DNA of 64,000 bases from Lingula anatina (lineage: Eukaryota > Animalia > Brachiopoda): contig CM120643.1 of NCBI GenBank assembly GCA_051362555.1, positions 27,780,848-27,844,847 on the forward strand, read 5' to 3'. Both the position numbers and the translations under genes were made by a program. Shown piece by piece: positions 14,801 to 27,144 of the stretch (position 1 is its first letter; every line of letters starts with the position of its first letter). The notes under the pieces are model-generated. The model saw only the letters and a list, made by a program, of their open reading frames with translations, did no database searches and had not been told where the DNA came from.

Positions 14801-17317
14801 GGCCCATGGAACTTCAAAGTCACAACTTGAAAATTACAAAATGTAAACAAGACAGCACTGTTCTGAAATGGGTTTATTTCCATTTTTAAGACTTTTTTAA
14901 ACATAAAACAAAATAAACAGTTTACTGCCATTTTTATATGACAAACTAAGAAAATTGATGAGATGGGGAAAATATCAATAGAACAGTGTTATACAGTATG
15001 TCCAATTTCCTCCATTATGAGATTCTGAACATAGTGGATGATTGAATCTGACAAACTGCAATGATATGAGTTTATTTCCATTTTTGACACTTCATTACAC
15101 AATACATGATAACAGGTTTACTATGTTTTTTACATAATCAACTAACAATGTTGTAAAGATGCAGGAAATGCCAAACAAACACACTTACGTATCTTATTAG
15201 TTCAATAATGAGACTGTTAACATGCCTAAGAATTGAATCTGAGGAAATGTGAAAAAACAGCATAACTTCTAAAATAATGGACCGATTATGCTCATTTTCG
15301 GGCTAAACCTGCGTTTTAGTAAGATCTACCACTCCTGTGAGTATAATGACAATTGGCTTATCTGTTTTTCTTATATTGTGTTTTCAGTGTTGCATATTTA
15401 TTGAAAAAAAGTGAAAAAACAGCATAACTTCCCTAAAAATGGCCCGATCATGCTGATTTTCGAACTTGATCTGCGTATTATAAATATTCATCAGTTTTGT
15501 AAGTTTCAAGCCAAAAAGTAAAATGGTTTTCTACTTATCATGTTATCGGTGCTGCATATATGCTTAAAAAATGAAAAAACAGCATAACTTCCCTACAAGT
15601 CACCCGATCATGCTGATTTTCAAACTTGACCTGCATATTATGAATATTCATCAATTCTATAAGTTTCAAGCTGAAATAAAAAACAGTTTTCCACTTATCA
15701 TGTTATCGGTAAAAGTGCACGGTGACGATGGCGACGACAGAGGCAGATGATGGCTATATGTACAGACACATCTGCGTCTGTACATAAAAATGAATAGCTC
15801 TTAATTTTTAATTTTTTTTTCCTTTCAAATTTTTTGTCAAAATTGTTTGATTGTTGAATTATTATGTGGCATTTTTGTAAAGCAAAATACGCATTCATTT
15901 TGTCCATTTTTAAAGAAATCATAAATAGAATCATTTATTACATGGGTGGCATAATCTGTTTCTTACAATTTGTTGCAAACATGGACATACATATATTGCC
16001 TTGCGTGTCTGTCTTGTTGTTTGTTTGTTAGTGTAATGTTTGTATAAAATTTCATTTTATTTGATTTTCCTCCATTCCATTTCATAAGGTCCAATCTGTA
16101 GTGAGAGAGACATGAACTTACACCGCTGTGTGGCAGCGTACATCTCTGATCATGTCCTGTTACAAGCAGCGTTCTATCCCTCAGAGAGAACCAACCTCAA
16201 GTTTGGTATCGTCACATCACTTGATCATGCCATGTGGTTCCACGCACCCTTCAGAGCTGATGAATGGATGCTGTTTGAGACAGAGTCCCCTCAGTCAGGT
16301 AAAGTGAAAGTGAATTCTTGTGTTTGAGACAGAGTCACCACAGTCAGGTAAAGTGAAAGTGCATATTTGTGTTTTAGACAGAGTCACCACAGTCAGGTAA
16401 AGTGAAAGTGGATACTTGTGTTTTAGACAGAGTCGCCACAGTCAGGTAAAGTGAAAGTGAATACTTGTGTTTTAGAAAGAGTCACCACAATCAGGTAAAG
16501 TGAATACTTATGTTTGAGATAGAGTCGCCACAGTCAGGTAAAGTGAATACTTGTGTTTGAGATAGAGTCGTCACAGTCAGGTAAAGTGAATACTTGTGTT
16601 TGAGATAGAGTCACCACAGTCAGGTAAAGTGAATACTTGTGTTTGAGATAGAGTCGCCACAGTCAGGTAAAGTGAATACTTGTGATTGAGATAGAGTCGC
16701 CACAGTCAGGTAAAGTGAATACTTGTGTTTGAGATAGAGTCGCCACAGTCAGGTAAAGTGAATACTTGTGTTTGAGATAGAGTCGCCACAGTCAGGTAAA
16801 GTGAATACTTGTGTTTGAGATAGAGTCGCCACAGGCAGGTAAAGTGAATACTTGTGATTGAGATAGAGTCGCCACAGTCAGGTAAAGTGAATACTTGTGT
16901 TTGAGATAGAGTCGCCACAGTCAGGTAAAGTGAATACTTGTGATTGAGATAGAGTCGCCACAGTCAGGTAAAGTGAATACTTGTGTTTGAGATAGAGTCG
17001 CCACAGTCAGGTAAAGTGAATACTTGTGTTTGAGATAGAGTCGCCACAGTCAGGTAAAGTGAATACTTGTGATTGAGATAGAGTCACCACAGTCAGGTAG
17101 AATGAAACTTAAAAATTTTAGTTTAAAGTCAGCTTTAATTTATTACCCGATGTTTTATGAAGTATTGACTGGTTTTATTTATCAATTTATTCATTCATTG
17201 TTGTAAACAGGTCATGCAAGAGCGATGACTCTGGGGCGTATGTGGAGACAGGATGGAACGCTGGCGATTTCACTGGCTCAGGAAGGCCTTATACGTGGTC
17301 AGCTTAGTAAGTTATGA
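2865..17317 (+). CDS. ACOT8: Acyl-CoA thioesterase 8 (peroxisomal, TesB-like double hotdog), 7 exons
   Basis: Exons 2865-2938, 3698-3837, 4394-4506, 5189-5301, 6462-6628, 16089-16298 and 17211-17317, all GT-AG and in phase. Motifs [79 protein letters not shown]-terminal PTS1 -SKL*. Confidence 0.95.
4827..4994. mobile_element. 168-bp MITE, CAGGGGCGGAT termini, 5-bp TSD
   Basis: TIR cagggg(c)ggat...atccatccctg flanked by atctc on both sides. Near-identical inverted copy at 57632-57801 and a degraded copy near 12710-12880. Confidence 0.8.
6117..6250. mobile_element. Small MITE-like inverted-repeat element
   Basis: Perfect 14-bp inverted repeat cctatcgtactagc (6124-6137 / 6230-6243), extending to ccata/tatgg with 2 mismatches. 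TSD not evident. Confidence 0.45.
6852..8503 (-). repeat. Inverted copy of the distal part of the composite repeat at 11308-12600, with an internal ~475-bp tandem duplication
   Basis: 6852-7200 is the reverse complement of 12097-12433, 7585-8503 of 11308-12185, and 7490-7580 of 12509-12600. The block cactgcttcctta.tattaatctagcagagagc occurs at 7106 and 7581. Confidence 0.8.
8616..9770 (+). repeat. Tandem array of about 7 units of ~161 bp
   Basis: Anchor accgataacacgataagtg recurs at 8616, 8777, 8938, 9099, 9260, 9450 and 9612; three inverted units at ~15380-15710. Confidence 0.9.
12294..12475 (+). mobile_element. Short complete HINE-like element
   Basis: Subterminal IR acctctgccaagg (12297) / ccttggcagaggt (12436), 3' hairpin gcact-ctcga-agtgc, end ttttctagtt. 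Inverted partial copy at 6852-6997. Confidence 0.7.
13060..15790 (-). mobile_element. Second, inverted copy of the HINE-like composite element
   Basis: 15700-15790 is the reverse complement of the 8521-8640 head (hairpin plus gtc microsatellite). The body matches 9950-10340 and 10900-11300 in inverted orientation, with a ~320-bp tandem duplication at 13060-13780. Confidence 0.7.
13787..14759. mobile_element. 973-bp Tourist/PIF-Harbinger-type MITE, TAA TSD
   Basis: 34-bp TIR ggccac(c/a)ctttttta(t/a)ttttatggatgacatcct with TAA on both sides. The adjacent tandem paralog at 13431-13460 (atattaataacatggacattc) shows the empty site. Confidence 0.9.
16273..17100 (+). repeat. Minisatellite derived from the ACOT8 exon 6 end and splice donor (4 x 49 bp + 14 x 43 bp)
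   Basis: Unit gtaaagtgaatacttgtgtttgagatagagtcgccacagtcag. The cagtcag|gta junction occurs at 16298 (true donor), then every 49 bp to 16494 and every 43 bp to 17096. Confidence 0.95.
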
Positions 17318-19269
17318 CAGAGAGGACACAGGGTTGACCACTGGATATATCGGCAGCACAGGAAAGGTTGGACTGCAAGTCAGACTTTGCACACTTATTT
17401 ACTTTGGCCAAGGTCACCTCCTGGCTAAGTTACATTCTAATTACTAAGTCAAAAACTGCTTGGTTTCATGATCACAAAGTTTTCAGATGATTGAAAATAA
17501 TAAAGATGCGTTGAGATTTTGTTGAGTACATTGAAAACTTACTGATGAAGCATCAGAGATCCAAGGTAATGGAGTCAGTTGATAATAGGAGGTCAAATCA
17601 ATAAAATAATTCATCACACAGGACTGCACCTTGATGAATGAGTGAGCATCATGACATGATCATGTAATAAAATAAGTAATGACAGTGACTCAGGACAAAG
17701 GAGAACACGAGGTGCTGGCAGTCACTTATTGACTGCTGAAATCATTGTGATAATTGTGAAGCGTTAATGGTTATTTAGCATTAGTATATAGTATATATAT
17801 TGGTGGAACATATACATTCGGCATAAATTTTTTGAACTCTTCTTGCAAGTTCTTTTGATTATATGAGAGATCCTAAACTTATGATAACTAATATGTACAG
17901 GTTGTTAAGTTTCTAAAATTTTTTTTTTATGATTATATATTCTTTTTTTTAACAAAGGAAATTATTACAAGAAATTTTTAAATTGAGAAATATTACTTAC
18001 GAATGTATTTTCGGCATGTAGGTATATATCAGATAATTGTAAGATGACATTTCTTGATACTTTATTTCATGCAGAAATATAAAACAGTTTTTAGGAGGGG
18101 AGGTATTGGAATAGATAACAAGACTAACATCAATATAATTTTACTAACATTAACTTATTTGCTATAATTATGTAATTTATAATTTATTGATGGAGTATGA
18201 ATATATTAAAGTGATTTAGTATGAAAGTTTAAATATTTCTGTATCAGTACTGTTTACATTGATGGAGCAGTTGTTATATTTCAGTCAATACAGCGTAACT
18301 GTTCTAAATTAAAGTCCATATTTCAGATGGAATTCTTGATATTATATATGCTATCATTTTTAAAGGTTGCTACTAAGTATAAATTGAAAAATAAACACAG
18401 TTACAAGAATTAAGTAATATTTTCTGCAATAAACATTGAAGTATTTAAACCGTTTACCTCCAATATTTCATGTCTTGCAGAACAATATTTCCTGTCTAAC
18501 AGAACATCTTTATTAGGGAAATAGCCTCTGTTCAGGAGATATACCTGCCCCCCAAACCCCCCCACCCCCACCCCCACCTTTTGGCATACATACATACAAA
18601 ATGGTTTGTTCCTAGGCTTCTTTGTATGTGATTAGTTTCACCTTTGTAGTGTTGACGGTATAGCTCTGCTTGTTGTCACTGGCAGCAAAGAGCAATACAA
18701 CATTCATTTTTTGTCAACTATGTCACCAGAGTGAAATTTTGAATACTAGTAATTATTCATGTTTAAAATCTTTTCATGGTTTTGCAAATTTTCATAATTG
18801 TGTCTCAATTCTTGTTGAACTTTTCTGAGAACAAGCACGATATACTTTTATCACATTTTAATAGATAAATCCTGTAAGTTTGTTGCAAAAGAATATAACA
18901 TTAACCACCTCCAATCCGTTTTACAAGCTATCCACGGGATTGTCCAGCTAAAATGAATTATCCTGGATTGAAAAGCAATTTTCCCCTTCTCCTACATCAT
19001 GACCTACCTCATCTCTGCCCCTTGATTTGATGTCTTTTTAATTTTTTTATTTAATAATTTAGCGTTACATGAATGGCCAGTCAACATAAACAACATAAGG
19101 AATAAGATAAATAACAGTAAGTAATCAGCAGAATTGCCATTTAATACTTACAACGTGTACATCAAACCAATTTTTCCTAATTTTTAAAACAGAACTATCT
19201 ATGCATTAAATGTGAATTATCTTCACAATGCTACAACACAAAGTGTTAGTATATATCTAAGACTAAACT

Positions 19270-20625
19270 TTAAGTAAATGCGTTTTTAAACAAAGCCACA
19301 GGATACGGCTGATTCCTTGTTGGACCATCATCTCCATTTTCACTTTTGATCAATTTTTGTGGTACTCTGTCAATATCAGGGCTGACCACATTTTTACAAT
19401 AGTCAACTTCTGTATCACAATGTCCATGTGCTATTGTGTGATCTTTTTCATGTAGATCACATTCATTTTTGCTGACAAATGTCTTGTTACAAAAATTACA
19501 CTTGTATGGTTTACCTTCACTGTGAATAACTTCAGGATAAAGTACAACACAATCAGACTTTACATCAAATGACTCACTCCACTGCTGAGTTTTGTGGGGT
19601 TTCTCGCCAACATGAATTCTTTCATGATTATTGCAACTCCCTTTATGAGAAAATGCCTGCAGACAATATTGACATTTGTAGGGTTTCTCTCCTGTATGGG
19701 TTCTCTCATGTTGAACATAATGATTCCTTGTTCTAAATTCCTTATCACAATATGGGCATTTGTATGGTTTTTCTCCAGTGTGAATTCTTTCATGGATTGT
19801 GCATTTCTGTTTGCGAGAAAATGTTTTATCACAGTACTGGCATTTGTATGGTTTCTCTCCAGTGTGAATTCTCTCATGGTCAATGCACTGGTTTTTAATG
19901 ACAAATCTTTTATCACAGTACTGGCAATTGTATGTATTCTCTCCAGTGTGAATTCTTTCATGTTCAATGCATTTCTGTTTTCTAGCAAATGTTTTATCAC
20001 AGTACTGGCATTTGGATGTTTTCTCTCCAGTGTGAATTCTTTCATGGTCTATGCAGTGTTGTTTTCTAGTAAATGTCTTATCACAAAACTGGCATTTGAA
20101 GGGCCTTTCCCCAATGTGAGTTTTTTCATGACCAGTGCAAGCATTTTTATGAGTAAATGCCTTATCACAATACTGACATTTGTATCGTTTATCCCCAGTG
20201 TGAATTCTTTCGTGAAGAACACAACTCCTTTTTTGAGTAAATGCTGTATCGCAATACTGGCATTTGTATGGTTTCTCTCCAGTGTGAGTTCTCTCATGAA
20301 TAGTACAAGACAGTTTGTGAGTAAATGCCCTATCACAGTGCTGACATTTGTATCGTTTCTCTCCAGTGTGGATTCTTTCATGAAGACTGCAATTGTGTTT
20401 TTGAATAAACGTCTTATCACAGTACTGGCATTTGTATGGTTTCTCTCCAGTGTGAATTCTTTCATGGAGAGTACAATTAGATTTATAAGGAAATGTCATA
20501 TCACAGTACTGACATTTGTGTACTTTTTTTCCATCCTGAATTCTTTCATGAACAGAAGTATTTTTTAGAGAAACAGCAAATGTCTCATAGTCTCCCCACT
20601 GCTCTTCTTTCAAGGTGTTCTCCAT
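19270..20625 (-). CDS. Tandem C2H2 zinc-finger protein, paralog A (12 intact fingers plus 1 degenerate)
   Basis: Repeated CQYCDKxF...HERIHTGEKPY with TGEKP linkers. First ATG is MENTLKEE (the ORF-track start is TTG). C-terminus QPYPVALFKNAFT. Confidence 0.88.
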   Translation of the reverse strand: MENTLKEEQWGDYETFAVSLKNTSVHERIQDGKKVHKCQYCDMTFPYKSNCTLHERIHTGEKPYKCQYCDKTFIQKHNCSLHERIHTGEKRYKCQHCDRAFTHKLSCTIHERTHTGEKPYKCQYCDTAFTQKRSCVLHERIHTGDKRYKCQYCDKAFTHKNACTGHEKTHIGERPFKCQFCDKTFTRKQHCIDHERIHTGEKTSKCQYCDKTFARKQKCIEHERIHTGENTYNCQYCDKRFVIKNQCIDHERIHTGEKPYKCQYCDKTFSRKQKCTIHERIHTGEKPYKCPYCDKEFRTRNHYVQHERTHTGEKPYKCQYCLQAFSHKGSCNNHERIHVGEKPHKTQQWSESFDVKSDCVVLYPEVIHSEGKPYKCNFCNKTFVSKNECDLHEKDHTIAHGHCDTEVDYCKNVVSPDIDRVPQKLIKSENGDDGPTRNQPYPVALFKNAFT

Positions 20626-21221
20626 TTCTTCTTGGATGTAATTGATCACAGAATTTCTACTAGCTTTTTTCTGTTTGTCTTTCAATGAGAAGATTTAAAA
20701 CATTATCCCTTTTTGGTGAAATCACAATTTCTTCAGCAGTTGTTATTGTATGCTCTCTTCAATGTGAGTGTGAGTTTTGAAAAAAAAAAATAGCTAATTT
20801 TTCTTATGAGGTTATTATCTCCCCACTTTTCTGAAAGTATTTGCAAAATTTTCAAAACGTGTGTACTATAACAGGTGAATTAACACAAAAGGGTTTCATG
20901 GAATCTATTGCCACAACTAACTGTTTACTAGTAATGCGATTTCTCTTCCATCCATAAAAAATGCAGCTCTTTTCAGAGTTAAAGTCAACACTGCCGTTTC
21001 TACAATTTCTCTTTCTATATTCCCAAGAGAAGATATCAAGAATTTAGGGTCTGTTATTAATCAATAACATGATCTCTTCAACTGCCTGCAGTTCAGCTAA
21101 ACAGAAACATTTCTGAAGCGAGGACCTCTCATTTTGAATTGTCCAGTCCCTGGAAAAAATCATTTAAAGTGTCAGGTAATTATAGAAATAACAAGATACA
21201 GATTCTTTATTGATAAGCAGC

Positions 21222-21223
<2 letters not shown>

Positions 21224-21280
<57 letters not shown>
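21224..21280. repeat. (TA)n microsatellite
   Basis: Long perfect AT dinucleotide run. Confidence 0.9.
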
Positions 21281-21283
<3 letters not shown>

Positions 21284-21730
21284 TATGTTTTTATAAATAG
21301 CTAAACTATTGCAAATGGTTACTACGTGGATAAAAGACGAAATCCATATATTCAGAATAAAAGTAAACACTGCCATTTCTATGATTTCTCCTAAATTTCT
21401 ATTTTCAATTGACGAACACAAAACCTTGGTGTCTATATTACAGCTGGTAAATATCCGAAATAGTCACATGGATTTTGTACTACCAAGATGACAAAGAAAG
21501 GACCATCGGCATCACTGACCTCAGCAAATATCTGCAGCTCAGCTAGACAAACATTTCCCCACTTCCTTTTACTTTGAATTCTCCAGTCCCTAAGCAAATA
21601 GTATCAAAGTAGTCAGGTCCTAGAGAAGATGCAATCCATATATTTCGGAAGTTTCTGCAGCCTACCGTGTCCAATGTCCTATTAAATGAATTCTTGACCA
21701 AACAAAGGAGGGGCAGATAATCTCAACTAA

Positions 21731-24045
21731 CAGCCCGGGAGCCACTGGCTGATTTGACGGTTATTTTGGAAAATATTAGATTTGGCCTCGTTTTCAAAAC
21801 GTGGAGTGGTAGCCCCAAAAAAATTTGGCGGGAGACGAAGGCATAGAGACAGGTAAGTTGTACATGTGTTTGTGGAATGAACAGTAGATTTAAATACTAA
21901 TGAATTTGACGGGACAATACAGTATATGCTTAAGTTACATGTTATACACCGAATAAGTCTTCGTGTATCGATTTCACTGAGTATTCTCTAAAGTTACTGG
22001 CGATTAGCAAAATGGCCGCACTCAAAACGTCATTGTAAACATTGACTTTTGAACTGTGCCAAATGCAGCTTAAGGGTTTTTTTCTTTATTTGTTCCTGTT
22101 TTTTCATAGTTTGGCAATATTTTTTGAACATATCAAATTTTTAAGATGTGCGATGGCCTGTAATTTGTAGAATTTCAACATTTCCAACAAGCTGTATATT
22201 CACCGTGCCGGGTACCTATCATTTAGTTGATCGAGTGATGGCAGTGGCTTTCTGGTCTCATGCATGGAATGAATGTCACCGTATAAGTGAATCTTGGCTT
22301 CTCATGCAATTTCTTCGTGTTTTAATGTGAAAAGGATGAAGTGGATTGCGAAATAACATTGTCATCCAACCTGCATACGTATGTGCATATCGTGGTGTAC
22401 CAGTACTTGTTTGCAAAGCGGTGGGGAGGGGGGGGGGGGCATTGGTACCAGTAGTTGTGAAAGATACAGTATTGTAAACTAACCATAGGCATGTTTTGAA
22501 ATATATCAATCAGTGCTGTTTAAGATTGATTGTTACAGTTTACCTATTACAAAGATTGCAATAAATTATGATTAATTTCAGTGTGTATGTGTGTGAGCAA
22601 TTGATAAATGTAGTTAGAATTTTTTATGATATTCTTTTAAAAACTCTATTATTTATTCTAGGCTTGAATAGCATGAATGGGACCAGGATTATTCCTTTTG
22701 CCGTGCAATTATCATAACAAAAGCGCCCATCATTTCCAAATGCTGTGTGGCAATGAACACCACAACCTCTGGGATACTTCTAAGGGATGAAAAATATGTG
22801 CTCTTGCTAATATAAATAGTTATTGGTAACAGTACATAGAAATGCAGTTTGTGAAATCAATTTAGGTTTTAACCACATGAAGTTAGTTAAAAGTGTATGT
22901 GCAACTAAGTTAACAATACATTGTTTTATTTTTACTGTGCAGGTTTTTTTATATATGTGTAGCTTATAGATAATATCTACTTATCAGAATACAAGTAAAA
23001 CAAGTTTATTCAAATGCAAATATGGATTGATACCTGGTATCACTGAAAGAAAATTAACATGACATCTTTGGGAAAATTTATGAAATTATATTATTTGTAA
23101 AAATTCTGGTCCACTGTGTAAAGGGAAATTGTGTGTTAGATGGTTAAATATATATAAATGTGTACCAATCAAGTAAAGTAGCATTGAATTATCACCTACT
23201 GGGTAATTAATGTACAATGTAATGTAAAATAACTATTTTGCAATGTACATGTCTCACTGGTAAAATATTTCAGGCTAGTTGAATTTTATGTAAAATTAAA
23301 ATAAAATATATAGCAATGTGATTAAATGTAAATTGTCTTTCATTTGTTATTTTTCATATTTAATGAAAGGAATACCCTCATCAGTTGGCCTCATGTAATA
23401 AAAAGGTTTATCTACAATGAAAAAAAATGTTAAAGTTCATTTGTATTAGCACCGTGGTAAGTGCCAAGAAAAAAATTATTTCATTGTCCCCAATACCCAG
23501 TTGCTCTATATAAGTAATACTGTGTGAAGAAAAAACTAAAACGAGACTGAAGCTCATGAGAAAGCACTAAGTCAAAGCGAGGCTTATATGCGGATATCGT
23601 AAGTGAGAGTTTTCAGGCTGACATGGCCGTGAATTGATTTGTGCCATTCACAGCTTAAGGCAAAGTTCTTTACATGCTTACATTGACAGAAAGCTGAATA
23701 AATTTTCCACAACTTGTAGTAATTTCAAGTTGTGCGGAGGCCTCTATAGGTACAAAAATCAAAATCAAAAACGAACTTCCGTAATAGCTTTAATAAAATT
23801 TCGATTTCAAACTCATTTTTCAACATTAAATATGCTGTAGATCAACTTTTGGGTCATCTCACTTTATTCGAAATTTATTTCTCAATATGACAATGTACAT
23901 ATTGTAACCCCAAGTACGTTAATAGCCGAGATAATACACCGTTTATGACACCCTATAAATCTCAAAAAATATTGCCCAATTCAAATTCTCGAACTTCCGG
24001 TTTGTTTAATAGCCACCTAGCGGCAGACCAGTGGCTCCCGGGCTG
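21731..24045. mobile_element. 2.3-kb non-autonomous TIR element with 3-bp TAA TSD (Academ-like termini, by inference)
   Basis: Perfect 18-bp TIR cagcccgggagccactgg with taa on both sides. Absent from the paralogous upstream region of ZNF-B (39310-39345). Confidence 0.8.
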
Positions 24046-26727
24046 TAAGGCTTATTCTGGGCCCTATGTGAAATTAATATACTTTCCCAGTTGGAGCTCA
24101 TAAAGTGATGACGTCATCACACAACATGTAATCTTGCACTTTTTGAACTCATTACTATCAATGATACAAAATAAAAATGGCAATGAGTGTAATCGCTTAT
24201 CATAATCTGTTCTTTTTTGTTTCAAGAACTTGCATCAACCCCTCGTCCGCCGCGCACATACATTATGATCAATATATGATTATCCCTGACCCAACGTACG
24301 TATTTGTAGTGACTGGCTGGGGTCTATGCCGGGCCTATGTATAAATGAATTTTTTATTGTTTACATTTTATGTTTACATTTTATGTTTACATTAACGACC
24401 CTTTGGAAGTTAGTAAGGTACTGGAAGTAATAGTAGTAGATGCTGGGAGCGGTGGTCTCCGTTTTCTGGCACTTGCACCGAGTGGGAAGTATTACGTACG
24501 TAGATTCTCTACGGTTTCTCCCCTAAGTTCACGTACAACACAATTTTTTAACTGGTATAAAATTTTCCGAAAATGCATTTTTATATGCAAAATAATTTCA
24601 GCGACCTTCCTTGCCCGGTGATGAACTAAAATATTTTTTAAAGCAGAGGAATATCACGAAAGCGTGGATAAATGGACAATCACCATCAACATTTACCCAG
24701 GATCCAAAGTTGGCTTTATTTTCGCAGAGTTCATTACATGTTAGGGAAGCAGAAACAAAAATGCGCAATTTACCAAGGCAGAACGTGCATCATTTGCACT
24801 GTGGACTGAGAAAATACTGCTAATAAAATATGAAAGACAAAAAAGCCATAAATAAATATATAAGCTTTAATTGTTTCTTAAATGTAGACTTAACAATGTA
24901 ATATTTTTTAAAAGTTGTATTGGACTTTGCTTAAGATAATTATTCTTATTAATATCTTTATTGGTTCGCTATTTTGCATTTAATTATTACAGTATGGTTG
25001 ATAATTTCAATACTTCATTATCAGTTGTCCAAGGACATTGTGGATAAAAGTCTCTCTCAGATGACATACAGAGTGTACTCAACTGGCACCAGTTTATCCC
25101 TGGTGAAACAAAGCTATTATTATTTCATTTACTTAATAATTGCTTGAAGAAAAGGTATGTGCATTAGCAGCTTGCACAATATCATTCCTAATTATAGCAA
25201 CCATGCATGTAGTTGTCTAGAGTTTTGTATTAAAATGAAATGTCACATTCTTATATATTTATGCAAATTTGTAGTTTTGCCAGCTAGAACATGCTTGTGA
25301 ATAAGATACAATAAAATCCATTCTTCTAGATAACAGTATTCTATAATAACATTTACCTAAATGACAGTAATATAATCAGCCATTCCACGAAAAAGGGTAC
25401 AATTCTGAATAATACCTGTCGCAGCTTATTTTCAGTAGTAAAAGCATCTGCAATTTAGCTTTTTTTAGCCTTTTTTAGCAGGACCCGATGTGTTCTACTT
25501 AAAAAACAACAATTGATATAGTACCACTTGCTTTGACGGGAACCCCGGGGGTCTATATGCCGCAAAAAGCACGATTTCAACGTGTCGCTCCGGTATTATA
25601 GCTGATTCGCCACAAGAAAAAGTTTATATTTTCCCGTATTTTAGTGTTTTTAGTCCTCAACTAATTTGAATTCATGTTTCTTTTTATCATACATGGTGTT
25701 CTCTGTCGAATTTGTTGGTTAGTTACGTCACTGTCATAGTTTAATCAATGTCGCTCAGTAACCCCTAACCTCCGTAACGCTTTTTTAACTCAGTGTAAGA
25801 ATAAAAGAAAATGCTCTTAAATGGCCTTCCTGTGCATTTTTCAAACTCTTAATACATGAAGTTTAATAAAACAGTGCTATTTGTTAATTTTGAATGATGC
25901 GTTCCATCATAGAGAATGTTAACTCACAAAAGTCGGGGTGTCGCATTTAAGAGCCTAACCTCAGTAACGGACCAAATTTGAAGAAAATGTTGTTTTAGAA
26001 AGTTAAAAACATCATTTTTGTTAAGCAAGGACCAACTTCTTCCTAAAAAATTCATTCAATAGTTATGCAAAGTTATCCCGAGGATAAAAACTGAAAAAGA
26101 GTGCGTGTCACCTTGCATCCGTTATGCTAACCTCCATTACCGAAATAGGTTAATTGTTATAAAAATGACTGTTAATACTTTAAAACGTTATTTCTGTGGT
26201 TTTGTGAGTTAGTTCTGATCATAGAAGTAGTTCTACTTCTATGTTCTGATGTAGTAAGCATTCATACGGCTTGCTGTTAAAGACATTACCCCTATTAGGG
26301 AGGTTTAGCAAACGACGAACAACGAAGACGAAGGACGAACATGTGCACTACGTCATCGCTTTACGCTCATCATAACCTCGTTTTTCGTAGTTCGTTCTTC
26401 CAAGCTACGAAGATTTTAGGAAATCCTCGTCGAAAAAAGTAAGTACGAATTGAGGTCTTTCACACATTAATACACTTTTGATACGCGTTAAACTACTTTT
26501 ACTGGTAAATGAACATATGTTTCTTTGTATGATTGCCTGCAGGTTGGTTTAACGTAAGTGAAAACGGATATAAAATCGTTACAAACTGAGCATGTTTCTC
26601 ACCCTGCTCGCTGGGCGCCATTTTTCACTTAGTAATGCAGATGGCCACAAACTGTTTGGAATAACTTGACTTGGGGGGCGTTTATAACTGACACAATTTC
26701 TTAAAGTACTTTTATTTCAGTCATAGA

Positions 26728-27113
26728 ATGTCTGCTCAGTATAACACAGAACTTGACACGGCAATGATGCGGATAGTGGTATCCAACAAGATTGACTGTG
26801 ACAGGGGGAAAGGGGATTGGATGAAAGTTACAGAAATGATGAATGAATTGCTTAAACAGAAAGGCCAAGGAAAAAGCGTAACTGTTCGCCAAACAAAGGA
26901 ACGTGCAAAGCATTTACTAAAAATTCACAAAGAACATGAGGAAAAGTCACAAAAAGCGTGAGTTTATATTGAATCTTTCTTGATGTTTGCTTTTCGTGAC
27001 ATTCTATTGTGTTTTTTTTTTTTTTTTGCTTTGCAAAATCCATTTAAACTTGCTATTTATTAATTTGCTTTTTATTTTTTGTTTTCAGTACCCTTTGTCA
27101 TATCTCCAAAATG

Positions 27114-27144
<31 letters not shown>

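Noticed and set aside
19270-19300. PVAL as an HP1-binding PxVxL motif
   Set aside because: Spacing is P-V-A-L, not P-x-V-x-L.
19594-20568. 324-aa plus-strand ORF and other alternate-frame ORFs over the ZNF genes (e.g. 19560-20045, 36770-37213, 41245-41829, 59101-59571)
   Set aside because: Antisense or shifted-frame shadows of the 84-bp periodic zinc-finger repeat, with no independent coding signal.
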